Positions 11,373-21,810 of a stretch of DNA of 64,000 nt are shown one piece after another. Below the pieces are notes generated by a model. The model saw only the letters and a list, made by a program, of their open reading frames with translations. It was not told the origin of the DNA and did not search any database. A program made the translations under genes and the position numbers. This DNA comes from Candidatus Fraserbacteria bacterium. GTDB taxonomy: Bacteria > Bipolaricaulota > Bipolaricaulia > RBG-16-55-9 > DRXL01. How positions within the stretch are numbered: the first letter of the stretch is position 1; every line of letters starts with the position of its first letter. The DNA lies in contig CAMTVK010000003.1 of assembly GCA_947085185.1 (NCBI GenBank), forward strand, positions 149,047-213,046. The letters are read 5' to 3'.

Positions 11373-12716
11373 TTACTCCGTGCTCTCTGGCCCCTCCTGC
11401 GCCCTCCGTGCTTCCAAGGCCCGCGCTTTCACCTCCCTCCAGTGCTCCAGACGCTTCAGAATCTCTCGCTCATAGCCCGCATCGCCCGGGTGATAGTAGC
11501 TCTTGCCCTGCAGGCTTTGGGGCAGACACTCCATCGGCGCGATCCCTTCGGGCAGGCTGTGCGCGTACTGATAGCCCCTGCCGTAGCCAACATCTCTCAT
11601 CAGCTCCGTGACGGGGTTTCTCAAGTGCATCGGGACCGGCTCGTTGCGCGTCTCTGCGACATCGCGCTGGGCCGCGCCAAACGCTGTGTACACGGAGTTG
11701 CTCTTTGGGGCAGTGGCCAAGTAGACGACCGCTTCAGCGAGCGCGAGCTCGCCCTCCGGCGAGCCCAAAAAATCATAAGCGTCCTTGGCGGCAACCGCGA
11801 CCGCCAACGCGTTGGGGTCGGCCAGCCCAACGTCTTCAAGCGCCATACGAATAAGTCTTCTTGCGATATACAGGGGGTCTTCGCCGCCCGCGAGCAGGCG
11901 CGCCAGCCAATAGAGAGCCCCATCAGGATCGGAATTTCTCACGCTCTTGTGCAACGCGCTGATCGCGTTATAGTGCTCCTCGCCCGACTTATCATAGAGG
12001 GGGAGCTTGCGCTGTGCCACATCCTGAACAGTCTTCAAATCAATGAGCTCGTGTGTGGTCTCGGCGGCAAGCTCTAAGAGATTGAGGGCGCGCCGGGCGT
12101 CGCCGTCACAATATTGGGCGATAAATTCTTCGGCGTCGGGGGTGAGTTTCAGAGGGCGCGCACCCAAACCGCGCTCACGGTTTGCCAGAGCCCTTCTGAG
12201 AATGATCTTGATCTGCTCCGGGCTGAGCGGCTGCAACACAAAGACTTGTGAGCGCGACAGCAAGGGCGCGATGATCTCAAACGACGGGTTTTCCGTAGTC
12301 GCCCCAATTAAGATAATTGAGCCCTCTTCAACGTAGGGCAGAAATGCGGCTTGTTGCGCTTTGTTGAAGCGATGGAGCTCGTCAACAAAGATTAAGTCGC
12401 GCGTCCTGTAACTGAGAAATTTTCTCTTCGAGCGCTCCATCGCGCTCTGGATCTCTTTGATCGACGAGCGCGTCGCGCTGAACGCGACAAATTCTGCGCC
12501 GCACGAGCGCGCGATGATCCAGCCCAAAGTAGTCTTCCCTGTGCCTGGTGGGCCCCATAAGACTAAAGATCGAATCTCGTTCTGCTCGATCATCTTTCTG
12601 AGGGGCTTGCCCGGCCCGACAAGTTCTTCCTGGCCCACGAACTCCTCTAAGCTCTGCGGGCGCATCCGCTCGGCTAAGGGCGGGCGGTGCTTCTTCGCGC
12701 TGAAGAGCTGGCTCAT
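11373..12716 (-). CDS. rarA: replication-associated recombination protein A (MgsA)
   Basis: PLAERMRP, GPPGTGKTT, DELHRFNKAQQ, ISALHKSVRNSDPD. Confidence 0.95.
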   Translation of the reverse strand: MSQLFSAKKHRPPLAERMRPQSLEEFVGQEELVGPGKPLRKMIEQNEIRSLVLWGPPGTGKTTLGWIIARSCGAEFVAFSATRSSIKEIQSAMERSKRKFLSYRTRDLIFVDELHRFNKAQQAAFLPYVEEGSIILIGATTENPSFEIIAPLLSRSQVFVLQPLSPEQIKIILRRALANRERGLGARPLKLTPDAEEFIAQYCDGDARRALNLLELAAETTHELIDLKTVQDVAQRKLPLYDKSGEEHYNAISALHKSVRNSDPDGALYWLARLLAGGEDPLYIARRLIRMALEDVGLADPNALAVAVAAKDAYDFLGSPEGELALAEAVVYLATAPKSNSVYTAFGAAQRDVAETRNEPVPMHLRNPVTELMRDVGYGRGYQYAHSLPEGIAPMECLPQSLQGKSYYHPGDAGYEREILKRLEHWREVKARALEARRAQEGPESTE

Positions 12717-12906
12717 CGTACAGCTATTGTATGCTCTCCACAGAGTAAGAGCAAGGCCGATAGGCTGGGCTTGATTGGCTCTGGTTCCGTCTGCTATACT
12801 TCCTTCAGTGGAGGATTTCTACAGAGCCAGCAGAGGGTAATCCAAGCGGCGCGTGACTTGGCATCGTTACCCTTGTACCGTATGAAGAGCTTGCGCTTCT
12901 GAGCGC

Positions 12907-13089
12907 CTATAGCAACTCCTCCAAGGCTTCCGGGTTAAGGACTTCGAGGGCGCGGCCGTTATGTCTAATCCAGCCTCGTCGCTCTAGGCGATTGAGCACC
13001 CGGCACGTGTGCTCCACGCTCAAGTCTGTCGTCGCTCCAAGGGCTTCTCTTGCCTTAAGGCCTTGGGCACGTAGATCGTCAGCTGCCAT
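12907..13089 (-). pseudogene. Crp/Fnr-type C-terminal HTH remnant
   Basis: REALGATTDLSVEHTCRVLNRLERRGWI…LEVLNPEAL; no sensor domain. Confidence 0.55.
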
Positions 13090-13143
13090 TGTTCTTTGTT
13101 GGCCATTTCATTTCATTCTATTCCCCAAGAGGATCTCCTAACC

Positions 13144-13190
13144 TTGACAAAGATCAACGAAGGAAGTTCACTAACTTTGATCTTTGTCAA
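13144..13190. promoter_or_regulatory. pair of FNR-type boxes, 33 bp apart
   Basis: TTGACAAAGATCAA (13144) and TTGATCTTTGTCAA (13177). Confidence 0.65.
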
Positions 13191-13214
13191 GGACTGAGCA
13201 CTCACCTGCCTCTT

Positions 13215-14502
13215 AAGGCGGCTGGCAAAGCTATCGAGGAGTCTGGGGGGATCGCTCAAGGCATGAGCGGAAGCCCCGTCTTTGTGGATGGCAAGCTTAT
13301 GGGGGCCATTAGCATGGCCGCCGCCTGGGCCGTCCCCCAGGACGCTTTAGCTCTAGTGACCCCGATAGAGAGCATGTTGGAGCTCCTGCGGGAGGGGCAA
13401 GCGCTGCCTGCGATGACGCGCTCTGAAACGATCCCAGTCCGCTCGCGCTCCGGGCGGATTCGCGAGCTGCGCTTCGTGAAGGCGCTGCCAACAGACCCTA
13501 GCGAGTTGGCACGCCAGCCTCACACTCTATTTGGCCGGGAGCTGGGGAGCTTAATCTTCTATCGGCACCGTCACTTATGTGGAAGACAAGAAGATACTTG
13601 CCTTCGGCCACCCCTTCTTGTTCAAGGGCCCCTCGCAATACTTCTTAACGGGAGCCTTCATCTATACCACCTTTCGCACACTGCAGGTCCCCTTCAAGTA
13701 CGGGGCGCCTGACGCTGTTGTGCTGGGCACGATTCGTGAAGACCGCGCCCAGGGGATCGCCGGGGTGTTGGGCGCGGAGCCGGAGCAGGTTGTTCTCAAG
13801 ATTCGCGTGCGGGATCGGGACCGCCGCAGCGAGAAGGCCTTCGGCATAGATCTTGTCGAGATGGCCGACCTGCTGCCCACGCTCGTGCTTTTGACGGTGA
13901 CGAACGCCTTAGATCTTGCTCTTAATCGGGTGAGCGGTGGTACTGTGAAGGCCAACTACACGGTGCGGCTGGTGAAGGACGGCGTGCCCTTAAGCATTAT
14001 AAGGCGCGACGTCTTCTTTGAGTTTCAGGACATCGCGCTAGCGCCCGGCTTGCAGATCGCCCAGATCATCGCAAATTTGGCCTTTAACCCCTTCCAGCGC
14101 GTGGATCTAAAAGAGATCATGGTCGATCTAGAGTTCACAGAGGAGCCCAGGGTAGCGGAGATTGTGGCCTTAGAGACAGATAAGGACGCTTATAAACCTG
14201 GTGAGGAGGTTCGCTTCAAAGTAGTGCTGCGGCCCTTCCGCGGCCCGGCCTTCACCCAGGAGGGGGCTCTTAAGCTTCCTGAAAAGTTAGAAGCCGACAC
14301 ACTGACGCTACGAGCGATTGGAGGCCGGGAGGAGGAGCAGCGCACTATTGCCAGCGTCGAGGAGCTGGTCAAAGCGATCTCCGAGAGCAAGTCCAACGGT
14401 CATATCACGCTAGGGGCGGCTGGGACGAGCGTTAGCCTGCAACTGACGGATTGGTTCGTCAAGGGTAGAGCCAGCAAGACCATCAAGATCCAAAGGGGGT
14501 GA
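13215..14502 (+). pseudogene. SpoIVB/peptidase S55-domain protein, 5'-truncated and frameshifted near 13555
   Basis: GGIAQGMSGSPVFVDGKLMGAIS in one frame, then IGTVTYVEDKKILAFGHPF in another. Confidence 0.75.
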
Positions 14503-14651
14503 GAAATGGCAATAGAAGGCGTGACATAGGTGTGCGGACGGAGCGGATGATGGAAGCTCGATCGGTGCGGAAGGAAGTAAAGTATCGTAATGGAAGTCTA
14601 TCTGCGAGAGTACTTTGAGAGCTGGAACAGAATCTATAAGGGGGGATAAAG

Positions 14652-15437
14652 ATGTTCCACAAGCTCTTCAACGGTAGGAGGAAGTTCGTGAGCATTGCGA
14701 TACTGGTTGTGGTGCTCGGAAGTGTTGGTGCGTGGATTTGGGCACAAGTGGGCTCTGCTACCGTGCCCTTGAGAGTCACGGCATTAGAGGCTGAGCTGAC
14801 TTCAATCAAAGTCCCAGTCAATGGCGTATGGAAGGAAACAGGCCTGATCAAGGTTTCGCTTTCGGGTGCACCTACACAATTGGTCGGACGGATGACCCCG
14901 AGTGGACCTTTGGGCGAGCGGTCTACAGCCAAAATCATATGGCCTGTCTCGGTCTCCGCTCCTCTTCTAAAAGAGTTAGGCATAGCGAAAATAGATGTAT
15001 TCCTCATAGGGATTGGCAAGCGGCTTCCCTATAGTGATAGCATGATAGGGGCAGACTTTACCATTCTCAGGATTCCTAGCCTGCCCCTTATGGTCATCGA
15101 CAACTATAATTGCGTCTGGAAATGCGACCAAGGTCCAAAATTTGAGGAGTCAGCCTTTTGGCAAGGAAAGCCTGGTGCAGAGCTGCGCAGCACCTTCAAT
15201 CTGCGTGAGGCTGCTTTCCAGGGTCGGGATGTGAATGCGCGAGAGCTGAAGAAGGAGGCACTTGAGGTGGCGAGTCAGTTCTTTGATTTCCCGCTAAAGA
15301 ACGTAGACTCCTTCCTCGATACCGCTCTGAAGCTACAACGAGAAAACATGCATGAAATAGTCATTTACATCCCAGAGTACGACTCTTATCAAACTGCTGA
15401 CTTGAGTGGTACGGTGACCTTACGCGTAGGACCATGA
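14652..15437 (+). CDS. secreted hypothetical protein
   Basis: 261-aa ORF with an N-terminal signal/anchor and GGGGGA SD. Confidence 0.7.
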   Translation: MFHKLFNGRRKFVSIAILVVVLGSVGAWIWAQVGSATVPLRVTALEAELTSIKVPVNGVWKETGLIKVSLSGAPTQLVGRMTPSGPLGERSTAKIIWPVSVSAPLLKELGIAKIDVFLIGIGKRLPYSDSMIGADFTILRIPSLPLMVIDNYNCVWKCDQGPKFEESAFWQGKPGAELRSTFNLREAAFQGRDVNARELKKEALEVASQFFDFPLKNVDSFLDTALKLQRENMHEIVIYIPEYDSYQTADLSGTVTLRVGP

Positions 15438-15523
15438 CTTAGCTAGCCAATAGCGATTAACGAGGGGGCTGCTATACCAAGCAGCTCCCTTGACTGTTTC
15501 TATCTGTTGCTATTATAATCCAG

Positions 15524-16504
15524 ATGATCTTGAGGTTAAAGAAGATGCGCTGGATAATAATTCTCGGGGCAACGCTCGCAGTGGTCTTAGGGCTTTTCTT
15601 GGCCGCAGGCGGTAAGCTCATCGCCTTAGAACACATAGATTTCCCTCGAGATGAGTTAGAAAAGTTAATCATATCTAACCCTCCTGAAGCGGCGTTGACC
15701 TTGAGTGGACCTTTAGAAGTGCAAGTCGGTTCACCTTGGACCCGCTGGGCCATGAAGCTTCTGCCAGGAACCTTCTTGGTGAATGTGAAGATCAATGGTC
15801 GCAAGGCTTCGCTGGCTGTCGACACCGGTGCTGCCCAGACCTTCATCAGTCCACGGATTGCTGTAGCCGCCCAAGTCATCCTGACCAGCTCAAGAATTAC
15901 AGTCCAATATGGATGGAGAGAGGTCCCGGTTTACATGGGACGAGTTCGGGAGTTAGAGCTGGGGAACCTAAGGGTGCATAACCTTCCTATAGTTGTGGGC
16001 GGGACTCAGCCGGTCTTAAAACTGTTAGGACTACCAATTTGGAACTTAGACGGAGTCTTAGGCATGGAGCCCCTGCAACGATTAGCGCTCACCCTCGATT
16101 ATGAACGAGAGGTCGTTGTTCTCCGCCGTGAGTCTCCTCCTTCTTTAGGAGCCTCTTCAGCTCCTCTCCAGATTTTAAGGGAGCAAGGTCCTGGAGATCT
16201 TGAGCATCCAAAGCCAATGGTAGATTGCTTCATAGGGGACTCTGGTCCCTTCTCTTGCTTCATCGACACTGGAACTTCCAGTCCCGTGTTAATCCCTCGT
16301 GATCTTTGGAAGGCTATCGGCCTTGAGGGCCAGAAACAAGGTCGCTTAAAGCACCTAAGGCTTGGGGAGCTCGAGCTAAAAGAAGTTCCTGTTGTGAGGG
16401 GGAATGTCAAATACATCACCATCGGGAGCAATATCTTCCAATCTCAGGGCATCAGACGCCTGACGCTGGACTTCTTAGCCGGCAAGCTCTACGCCGAGCG
16501 CTAA
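15524..16504 (+). CDS. two-domain retropepsin-like aspartyl protease, exported
   Basis: VDTGA…GVLG and IDTGT…TIGS motifs; N-terminal hydrophobic segment. Confidence 0.8.
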   Translation: MILRLKKMRWIIILGATLAVVLGLFLAAGGKLIALEHIDFPRDELEKLIISNPPEAALTLSGPLEVQVGSPWTRWAMKLLPGTFLVNVKINGRKASLAVDTGAAQTFISPRIAVAAQVILTSSRITVQYGWREVPVYMGRVRELELGNLRVHNLPIVVGGTQPVLKLLGLPIWNLDGVLGMEPLQRLALTLDYEREVVVLRRESPPSLGASSAPLQILREQGPGDLEHPKPMVDCFIGDSGPFSCFIDTGTSSPVLIPRDLWKAIGLEGQKQGRLKHLRLGELELKEVPVVRGNVKYITIGSNIFQSQGIRRLTLDFLAGKLYAER

Positions 16505-16521
16505 GTTGTCCCTCCGAAGCC

Positions 16522-16568
16522 TTGACGGAAATCAACCTCAGCCTACGCTGAACATTGATCTCCATCAA
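16522..16568. promoter_or_regulatory. second pair of FNR-type boxes, 33 bp apart
   Basis: TTGACGGAAATCAA (16522) and TTGATCTCCATCAA (16555, perfect TTGAT-N4-ATCAA). Confidence 0.65.
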
Positions 16569-16905
16569 AGCGTATCCCTCACCAAGCAGCTACCCTAAAG
16601 TTCCTATGGGGAAATCGCTGTTAGGGATGTGGGCCAGCCTCATACCAACTCACCCCTGCCCTCAAACGATAAACCTCCAACCGCAGAAATGCTCGCAAAG
16701 CCAAAAGCAAATGCTTGACGATGGCCAAAGCTTTCCGACTGGGCAAGGAAGTGGATGTAGTCCAACTCATCGCATCTAGGTGGATTCATCTCCATCGCCT
16801 CCTCTTGTTGACAAACTTCCGTCTTTGTGTTATTTCTTTGTGTTATTATGTCGCGAGAAGGGGGTTCGCAGTCAACTGCGTAACTCCTACAAATATGGAG
16901 CCACT

Positions 16906-17577
16906 ATGAATGACAATATCTCGCTTGATGTATCACTCGTCAAGGCAGGCGCAATAGCAGGACTGACAGCTTGCCTGACATACCTATTACGGCACATTGT
17001 ACCCTTGCCGAGTACCATCAAGATGCTTTTCTTCTTCGCTCTTGGCCCCTTAGCGATCATTGCCTTCATCGGGCTGAATAGACTGATTAAGACACACAGG
17101 AATACTGCAGCGCTTCACATTGCGACACTTTTCGGTATCATCGCCGGCGCCTTCCACACTTTGATGGCTATCGTCCAATATTCAAACGTTAAATTCATAC
17201 GAGAGTACATCCGTCAGGCAAACGATCCAGCGATTAAGGAAGAGTACGAGCGGATCTTGCAAGGTGTTTTCACGGTTCAATTGGGGATCGATGTTTCGTG
17301 GGACATTTTCATAACACTGGCAACCGTTCTCTTTGGTGTAACGATGCTGAAACATCCAAGATTTGGCAAGGTTCTTGGCGGTCTTGGGATCATCCTCGGA
17401 CTAGCAACGCTTGTGCTAAACCTCTATACATTTCCAGTTCCACCACATGAAGCTGGACTCATTGATCTGGGACCTGCGGTTGGGTTTTGGTTCCTCATAG
17501 TTGTAATTCAAATGATGCGCTCCATCCGTTGGCTAAAAGAGTTTGCGAAGTCGGAGACAACCTCAGCCATAGGCTGA
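16906..17577 (+). CDS. multi-pass membrane protein (DUF4386-like)
   Basis: About 6 hydrophobic segments; GGAG SD before ATG 16906. Confidence 0.7.
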   Translation: MNDNISLDVSLVKAGAIAGLTACLTYLLRHIVPLPSTIKMLFFFALGPLAIIAFIGLNRLIKTHRNTAALHIATLFGIIAGAFHTLMAIVQYSNVKFIREYIRQANDPAIKEEYERILQGVFTVQLGIDVSWDIFITLATVLFGVTMLKHPRFGKVLGGLGIILGLATLVLNLYTFPVPPHEAGLIDLGPAVGFWFLIVVIQMMRSIRWLKEFAKSETTSAIG

Positions 17578-17715
17578 TGAGCCTTTGGCTCAAAAGAAGG
17601 ATGAAACTCTATATGGCACCTTCGCCTAACAGCAGGCACTACGACGCTCGCTCTTTTATCTAGGCAGGGGGGATTTTGGCTATGATGTTAGTGCGCAAGT
17701 GAGGAGTTGACATCG

Positions 17716-18504
17716 ATGCAAATCAAGACTTTCCCCTGGTTAGAATTCTGGATACTCTTTGGAGCTGGGCTTCTTGGAGTTATGGCCGTTTTCCCATACT
17801 TACTCACTTTGTATGGCGCGAAGCTGGAGAAAGTCCCTATACCTCTTCCTCTGCTCTTGTTCCTGCAGTTCGCGCAGGGCGCACTCTTTTTGGCTGTAGC
17901 TGTAGGGGGGGCCTCCTACTGGCGCACAAGGTTGGGTTGGGGGCCCCTCTGCTAAAGGGCTGGCTTGCAGGTGAAGATATAGGTTCTAGGTTGCTAACTA
18001 TGTTGGCGCCTGCGATCTTACTTGGTATAGGAACAGGAGTAATCCTGTTGCTGTTAGAGTCTTTTCTCTTTCTGCCTCGTCTGCCAGGGTTGGCGCATGC
18101 CCCAACAGCGACGGCTCCCCTATGGCAGAAGTTCTTGGCCTCTTTCTATGGTGGGATCACTGAGGAACTTCTCATAAGGCTGTTCCTCTTCTCTCTTTTG
18201 GCCTGGCTTCTCGGTAAAGTGTGGCATACACAGGCAGGCTTGCCAACCTTAGGGGCCTTATGGGCAGCTAACGTTATCGTAGCACTCCTCTTTGGATTAT
18301 TGCATTTGCCGGCCACGGCAGCTCTACTACCACTCACGACTTTGGTCATTACGAGGGCGCTTTTGCTTAACGGCTTAGCAGGGTTGGCCTTTGGATACCT
18401 TGTACTGGCGGCAAGGCCTAGAGGCGGCAATGCTAGCGCACTTCATGACAGATATCGTACTTCATATATTGGGAGCGCCCCTTCTGAGGAGGCCTAGGGT
18501 TTGA
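17716..18504 (+). pseudogene. CPBP/Abi (CAAX) intramembrane protease with two frameshifts
   Basis: GGITEELLIR, FGLLH and LYWRQGLEAAMLAHF; the gene is spread over three reading-frame segments with shifts at G7 17905-17911 and ~18398. Confidence 0.75.
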
Positions 18505-18581
18505 AATCCTTGTCTCAGAAAGGCTTCTGGGATGGCGAGGGAACGGAGCGGCGCTTTTGGCCGGCTTGTGACTACCCAGTT

Positions 18582-18671
18582 ACGGCGATCTTTGAGGGAT
18601 CCTGCCACCACCCGTTCATTGACGAGCCTGTAGATTTCGCGCGACAGGTGAACGCTTTTCTGAGACGGTAA
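18582..18671 (+). pseudogene. alpha/beta-hydrolase C-terminal remnant
   Basis: TAIFEGSCHHPFIDEPVDFARQVNAFLRR* resembles the catalytic-His tail of alpha/beta hydrolases. Confidence 0.5.
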
Positions 18672-18718
18672 CTTACTTTGGGTATGGCAACGCAAGCAAA
18701 GGAAGGAGGAAGTGAGTC

Positions 18719-19711
18719 ATGGGCGAAGGGCTATATCGTCCCTCTGAAATCTCCCTGCCGGAGAAAGTGCGCGAGGCCCTGACCGGAGTAGTCAAAATCA
18801 AACCCAAGATCCGCTTTCGCGTCACCCTCTTTGCCAGCACAGAGGAGGCAGCTGCCGCTCGGGCTCATCCCCTGGAGAAGGAATTCCTCCCCGAAGGGGG
18901 CACCATCTGGCCAGTGATCATCGACCTTGGGACGCTCCATCAGCTCTGTCAGCACCCAAGCGCCTCCCTGCAGCCAGGCTTCTATGAGCTGTGCGCGGCC
19001 TTAGAGGGGTTAGAGGCCAAATCATTTCCATGCACTCTTCTGACCAAGCCCCTAGCCGGAAGCGCTACAGGGTTTGCCGCCGGCCACCGCGACGGCGAGC
19101 TGCTCATCACCACCTGTTACCATGTGGCCCGAGACGTGATCGAGCGCTTCAAACGCACCGATGGGGTATATGCGCCCACCCCCGTGAGGGCCCTAGATCT
19201 TATCGTTGAGGTAAGCGGGGACGGCTCACATCACCCGGACTCGTACCGGGAGGTCCAGCCGGTCTTCTTAGTTATGAACGCCTCCCAAGCCGATTGGCAA
19301 CAAGGGCAGGATTGGGCAGTGTTCTCCGTGCCCGGCGACGCACCGATCCGAGTGCTCAAGCGGGCGCCCCGAGTTCCTGAAGTTGGTGAGACGCTCTGGG
19401 CCGCAGGCTTCCCCTGCCGCACCCGGCGCCCTCCTGAGCGGCTGAAAGCCCTTAACTACCACGATGCTCATGATGAGCTGCGGATCAGCTTCGGCGAGGT
19501 GGTCGAGGTCAAGGGCGCGCCCCCTGCGGCAATTCTTGTGGACCTCGACGGAGTGTCCGGCAACAGCGGCTCGCCTGTCTTCAATGCCCAGGGAGAGGTC
19601 GTAGGCATCCTGCACGATACGACGTATCGCGAGGGGGAGATCGATCTGCGGGTCGGACAATACGGAGGCCTGGCTCAAGTCGTACCGATAGGACTCCTTC
19701 CCAAGCTGTGA
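18719..19711 (+). CDS. trypsin-like serine protease
   Basis: ATGF…ITTCYHV, QDWAV, SGNSGSPVFNAQGEVVGI. Confidence 0.85.
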   Translation: MGEGLYRPSEISLPEKVREALTGVVKIKPKIRFRVTLFASTEEAAAARAHPLEKEFLPEGGTIWPVIIDLGTLHQLCQHPSASLQPGFYELCAALEGLEAKSFPCTLLTKPLAGSATGFAAGHRDGELLITTCYHVARDVIERFKRTDGVYAPTPVRALDLIVEVSGDGSHHPDSYREVQPVFLVMNASQADWQQGQDWAVFSVPGDAPIRVLKRAPRVPEVGETLWAAGFPCRTRRPPERLKALNYHDAHDELRISFGEVVEVKGAPPAAILVDLDGVSGNSGSPVFNAQGEVVGILHDTTYREGEIDLRVGQYGGLAQVVPIGLLPKL

Positions 19712-19717
19712 CGGAAT

Positions 19718-20012
19718 CTATTGGGCTCTTGCAAGGTACGCCCGTTGCTCTGGGGTGAGCTCGTCGAGAGCGATCCCCATCGTCTCCAATTTGAGCCATG
19801 CGACGCGGCGGTCTATCTCCTCTGGCACAGGGTACACCCCCGGCTGCAGCTCCGCATGGTGCTTGGCGATATAGGCGAGCGTGAGCGCCTGGAGCGCAAA
19901 CGATAAGTCCATAATCTCGACGGGGTGGCCATCCCCAGCAGCCAAGTTCACGAGCCGTCCCTCAGCTAAGAGATAGAGCCGTCGCCCGTCGGCAAGCGTA
20001 AATTCTTCTTTA
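19718..20012 (-). pseudogene. ahcY: adenosylhomocysteinase C-terminal fragment
   Basis: [32 protein letters not shown]…LTPEQRAYL; most of the N-terminal part of the enzyme is absent. Confidence 0.85.
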
Positions 20013-20056
20013 CACTGAAGATGTAAAGTAGTTGACACTCCGGATGTGCGGGGGCT

Positions 20057-20151
20057 TTTGAATCACGGAAAGCGCGGAAGGGAACGGAGGACACGGAAGA
20101 TGGCTTACATTCAGTGCCTTCCGTGCTTCTCCGCGCCCTCAGTGATCCAAA
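20057..20151. repeat. palindromic intergenic repeat (CACGGAA/TTCCGTG family), copy 2
   Basis: TTTGAATCACGGAAAGCGCGGAAG…CTTCCGTGCTTCTCCGCGCCCTCAGTGATCCAAA. Confidence 0.75.
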
Positions 20152-20317
20152 CCCTCAGAGAAAAGAGGCCCTATGCCGCGCAAGAAGCACCCCTATCATA
20201 AAGAGCAGCCAGCCCTGGAACAGCGACTCGATCGCTTTATGGCAAGGGTGATCGTATTTTGGGGCCTGCGGATTTCAGCAATTGGCTCACCCAGGCGGTT
20301 GATATAAACCGCTGTCC

Positions 20318-20971
20318 TTAACGGGGACCGATCAGCACCCGCAAATCTCTGAGCGCCGCGCGCGGGTCGCTCTGCCCGAAGATCGCGCTGGCCGCCACTA
20401 TGATATCTGCACCAGCCCGCGCGATCTCTCTGATATTGTGCGCGTTGATGCCCCCGTCGGCTTCGATCTCCACGCTCAGATCTTTTGTGCGGATCAGCTC
20501 CTTGGCCTGGCGAATCTTGTCAAGCGTCTCAGTGAGAAAACTCTGGCCGGCAAACCCTGGCTCCACGCTCATAATCAGCAAAAAATCGATCTGAGCTAAA
20601 AATCTCTCGACGGCGCTCAGGGGCGTCTTTGGTTTGATGGCCAACCCGACCCGCGCCCCCAACGCGCGAATCGTCTCAATAACGGGGACGGGATCGCCGA
20701 CGGCTTCTATGTGAAACGAGATGAGATCGCTCGCGCGAACTTGGAACTGCGGCGCGTACTTTTGGGGATCAGCGATCATCAAGTGAATATCGAAGGGCAC
20801 GGAAATGCTCTGGCGCAGCGCGTTGACGACTACGGGACCAAACGTTAAATTGGGCACGAAGTGCCCATCCATCACGTCCCAATGGAGATAATCTGACAAA
20901 TCGGCGATCTGTTGAACTTGATCGAGCAACCTCCCAAAATCTGCCGCCAGCAGCGAAGGCGCAAGCTTCAT
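20318..20971 (-). CDS. rpe: ribulose-phosphate 3-epimerase
   Basis: APSLLAADF, HWDVMDGHFVPNLTFG, MSVEPGFAGQ, DGG. Confidence 0.95.
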   Translation of the reverse strand: MKLAPSLLAADFGRLLDQVQQIADLSDYLHWDVMDGHFVPNLTFGPVVVNALRQSISVPFDIHLMIADPQKYAPQFQVRASDLISFHIEAVGDPVPVIETIRALGARVGLAIKPKTPLSAVERFLAQIDFLLIMSVEPGFAGQSFLTETLDKIRQAKELIRTKDLSVEIEADGGINAHNIREIARAGADIIVAASAIFGQSDPRAALRDLRVLIGPR

Positions 20972-21658
20972 CTATCGCTGGGAGCTGCGCGCGATCAGCA
21001 GCAGCCGAATGAGCTGCAACACCGCCATGGCCGCGGCCGCAACATACGTCAAGGCCGCCGCGTTCAAGACCTTCTGCACCGCTGCCAGCTCCGACTTGGC
21101 GACGATCGTCCCGCTCTCTTGCAGGATCTGCACGGCTCTGCGGCTCGCGTCAAACTCCACCGGCAAGGTCACCAACGTGAAGAAGACCGCCCCGGCAAAG
21201 AACAAGACCCCCGCCCACATCAACGGATACCAAGCCGTGATCAACCCAATGAAGAAGAGCGGGATAGCCAGCATACTCCCGAAATTGGCTACCGGCACCA
21301 TGGCGCTGCGCAGCACCAAGGGCGCATAGCCGTGCGCGTCTTGGAGGGCATGGCCGGCCTCGTGAGCTGCGACGCCAATAGCTGCGACCGATCGGCTCTC
21401 AGGAGCCGAGAGCCTCAACGTCTTGGTGCGCGGGTCATAGTGATCGGTCAGCTGGCCAGGCACCGCTTCGATTCTGACAGTGGGCAGCCCAGCCCGATCG
21501 AGCAGCCGTCGTGCTGCTTGGGCTGCCGTCAGCCCCGACGCGGACTGCTCTTGCGCGTACTTATGATATGTGGACCAGACACGATACTGCGCGTAGAGCG
21601 AGAACGCCAACGCAGGCAGAATCAAGACCAGAAAGTACGGATCGAAGTAAAACATCAC
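20972..21658 (-). CDS. zinc metallopeptidase (YugP-like), membrane
   Basis: LTDHYDP, AAHEAGHALQ, LPVEFDASRRA, AAALTYVAA. Confidence 0.9.
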   Translation of the reverse strand: MMFYFDPYFLVLILPALAFSLYAQYRVWSTYHKYAQEQSASGLTAAQAARRLLDRAGLPTVRIEAVPGQLTDHYDPRTKTLRLSAPESRSVAAIGVAAHEAGHALQDAHGYAPLVLRSAMVPVANFGSMLAIPLFFIGLITAWYPLMWAGVLFFAGAVFFTLVTLPVEFDASRRAVQILQESGTIVAKSELAAVQKVLNAAALTYVAAAAMAVLQLIRLLLIARSSQR

Positions 21659-21739
21659 GTGATCACCTCATCTGGGATGATTATAGCAGTCCCCCGCGGC
21701 TTGCGCAACGAGGGAGTGTCTGTTAAGATATTTTGCGTT

Positions 21740-21810
21740 TGGGGCGTGGTGCAACGGTAGCACGCCGGCCTTTGGAGCCGTAAATGGAGGTTCGAATCCT
21801 CCCGCCCCAG
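21740..21810 (+). tRNA. tRNA-Gln(TTG)
   Basis: Acceptor stem TGGGGCG/CGCCCCA, anticodon loop CTTTGGA, T-loop GGTTCGAATCC; CCA not encoded. Confidence 0.92.

Noticed and set aside
20173..20307. 44-aa ORF MPRKKHPYHKEQPALEQRLDRFMARVIVFWG…, a possible nucleotidyltransferase remnant
   Set aside because: The resemblance is too weak and short to support a call.
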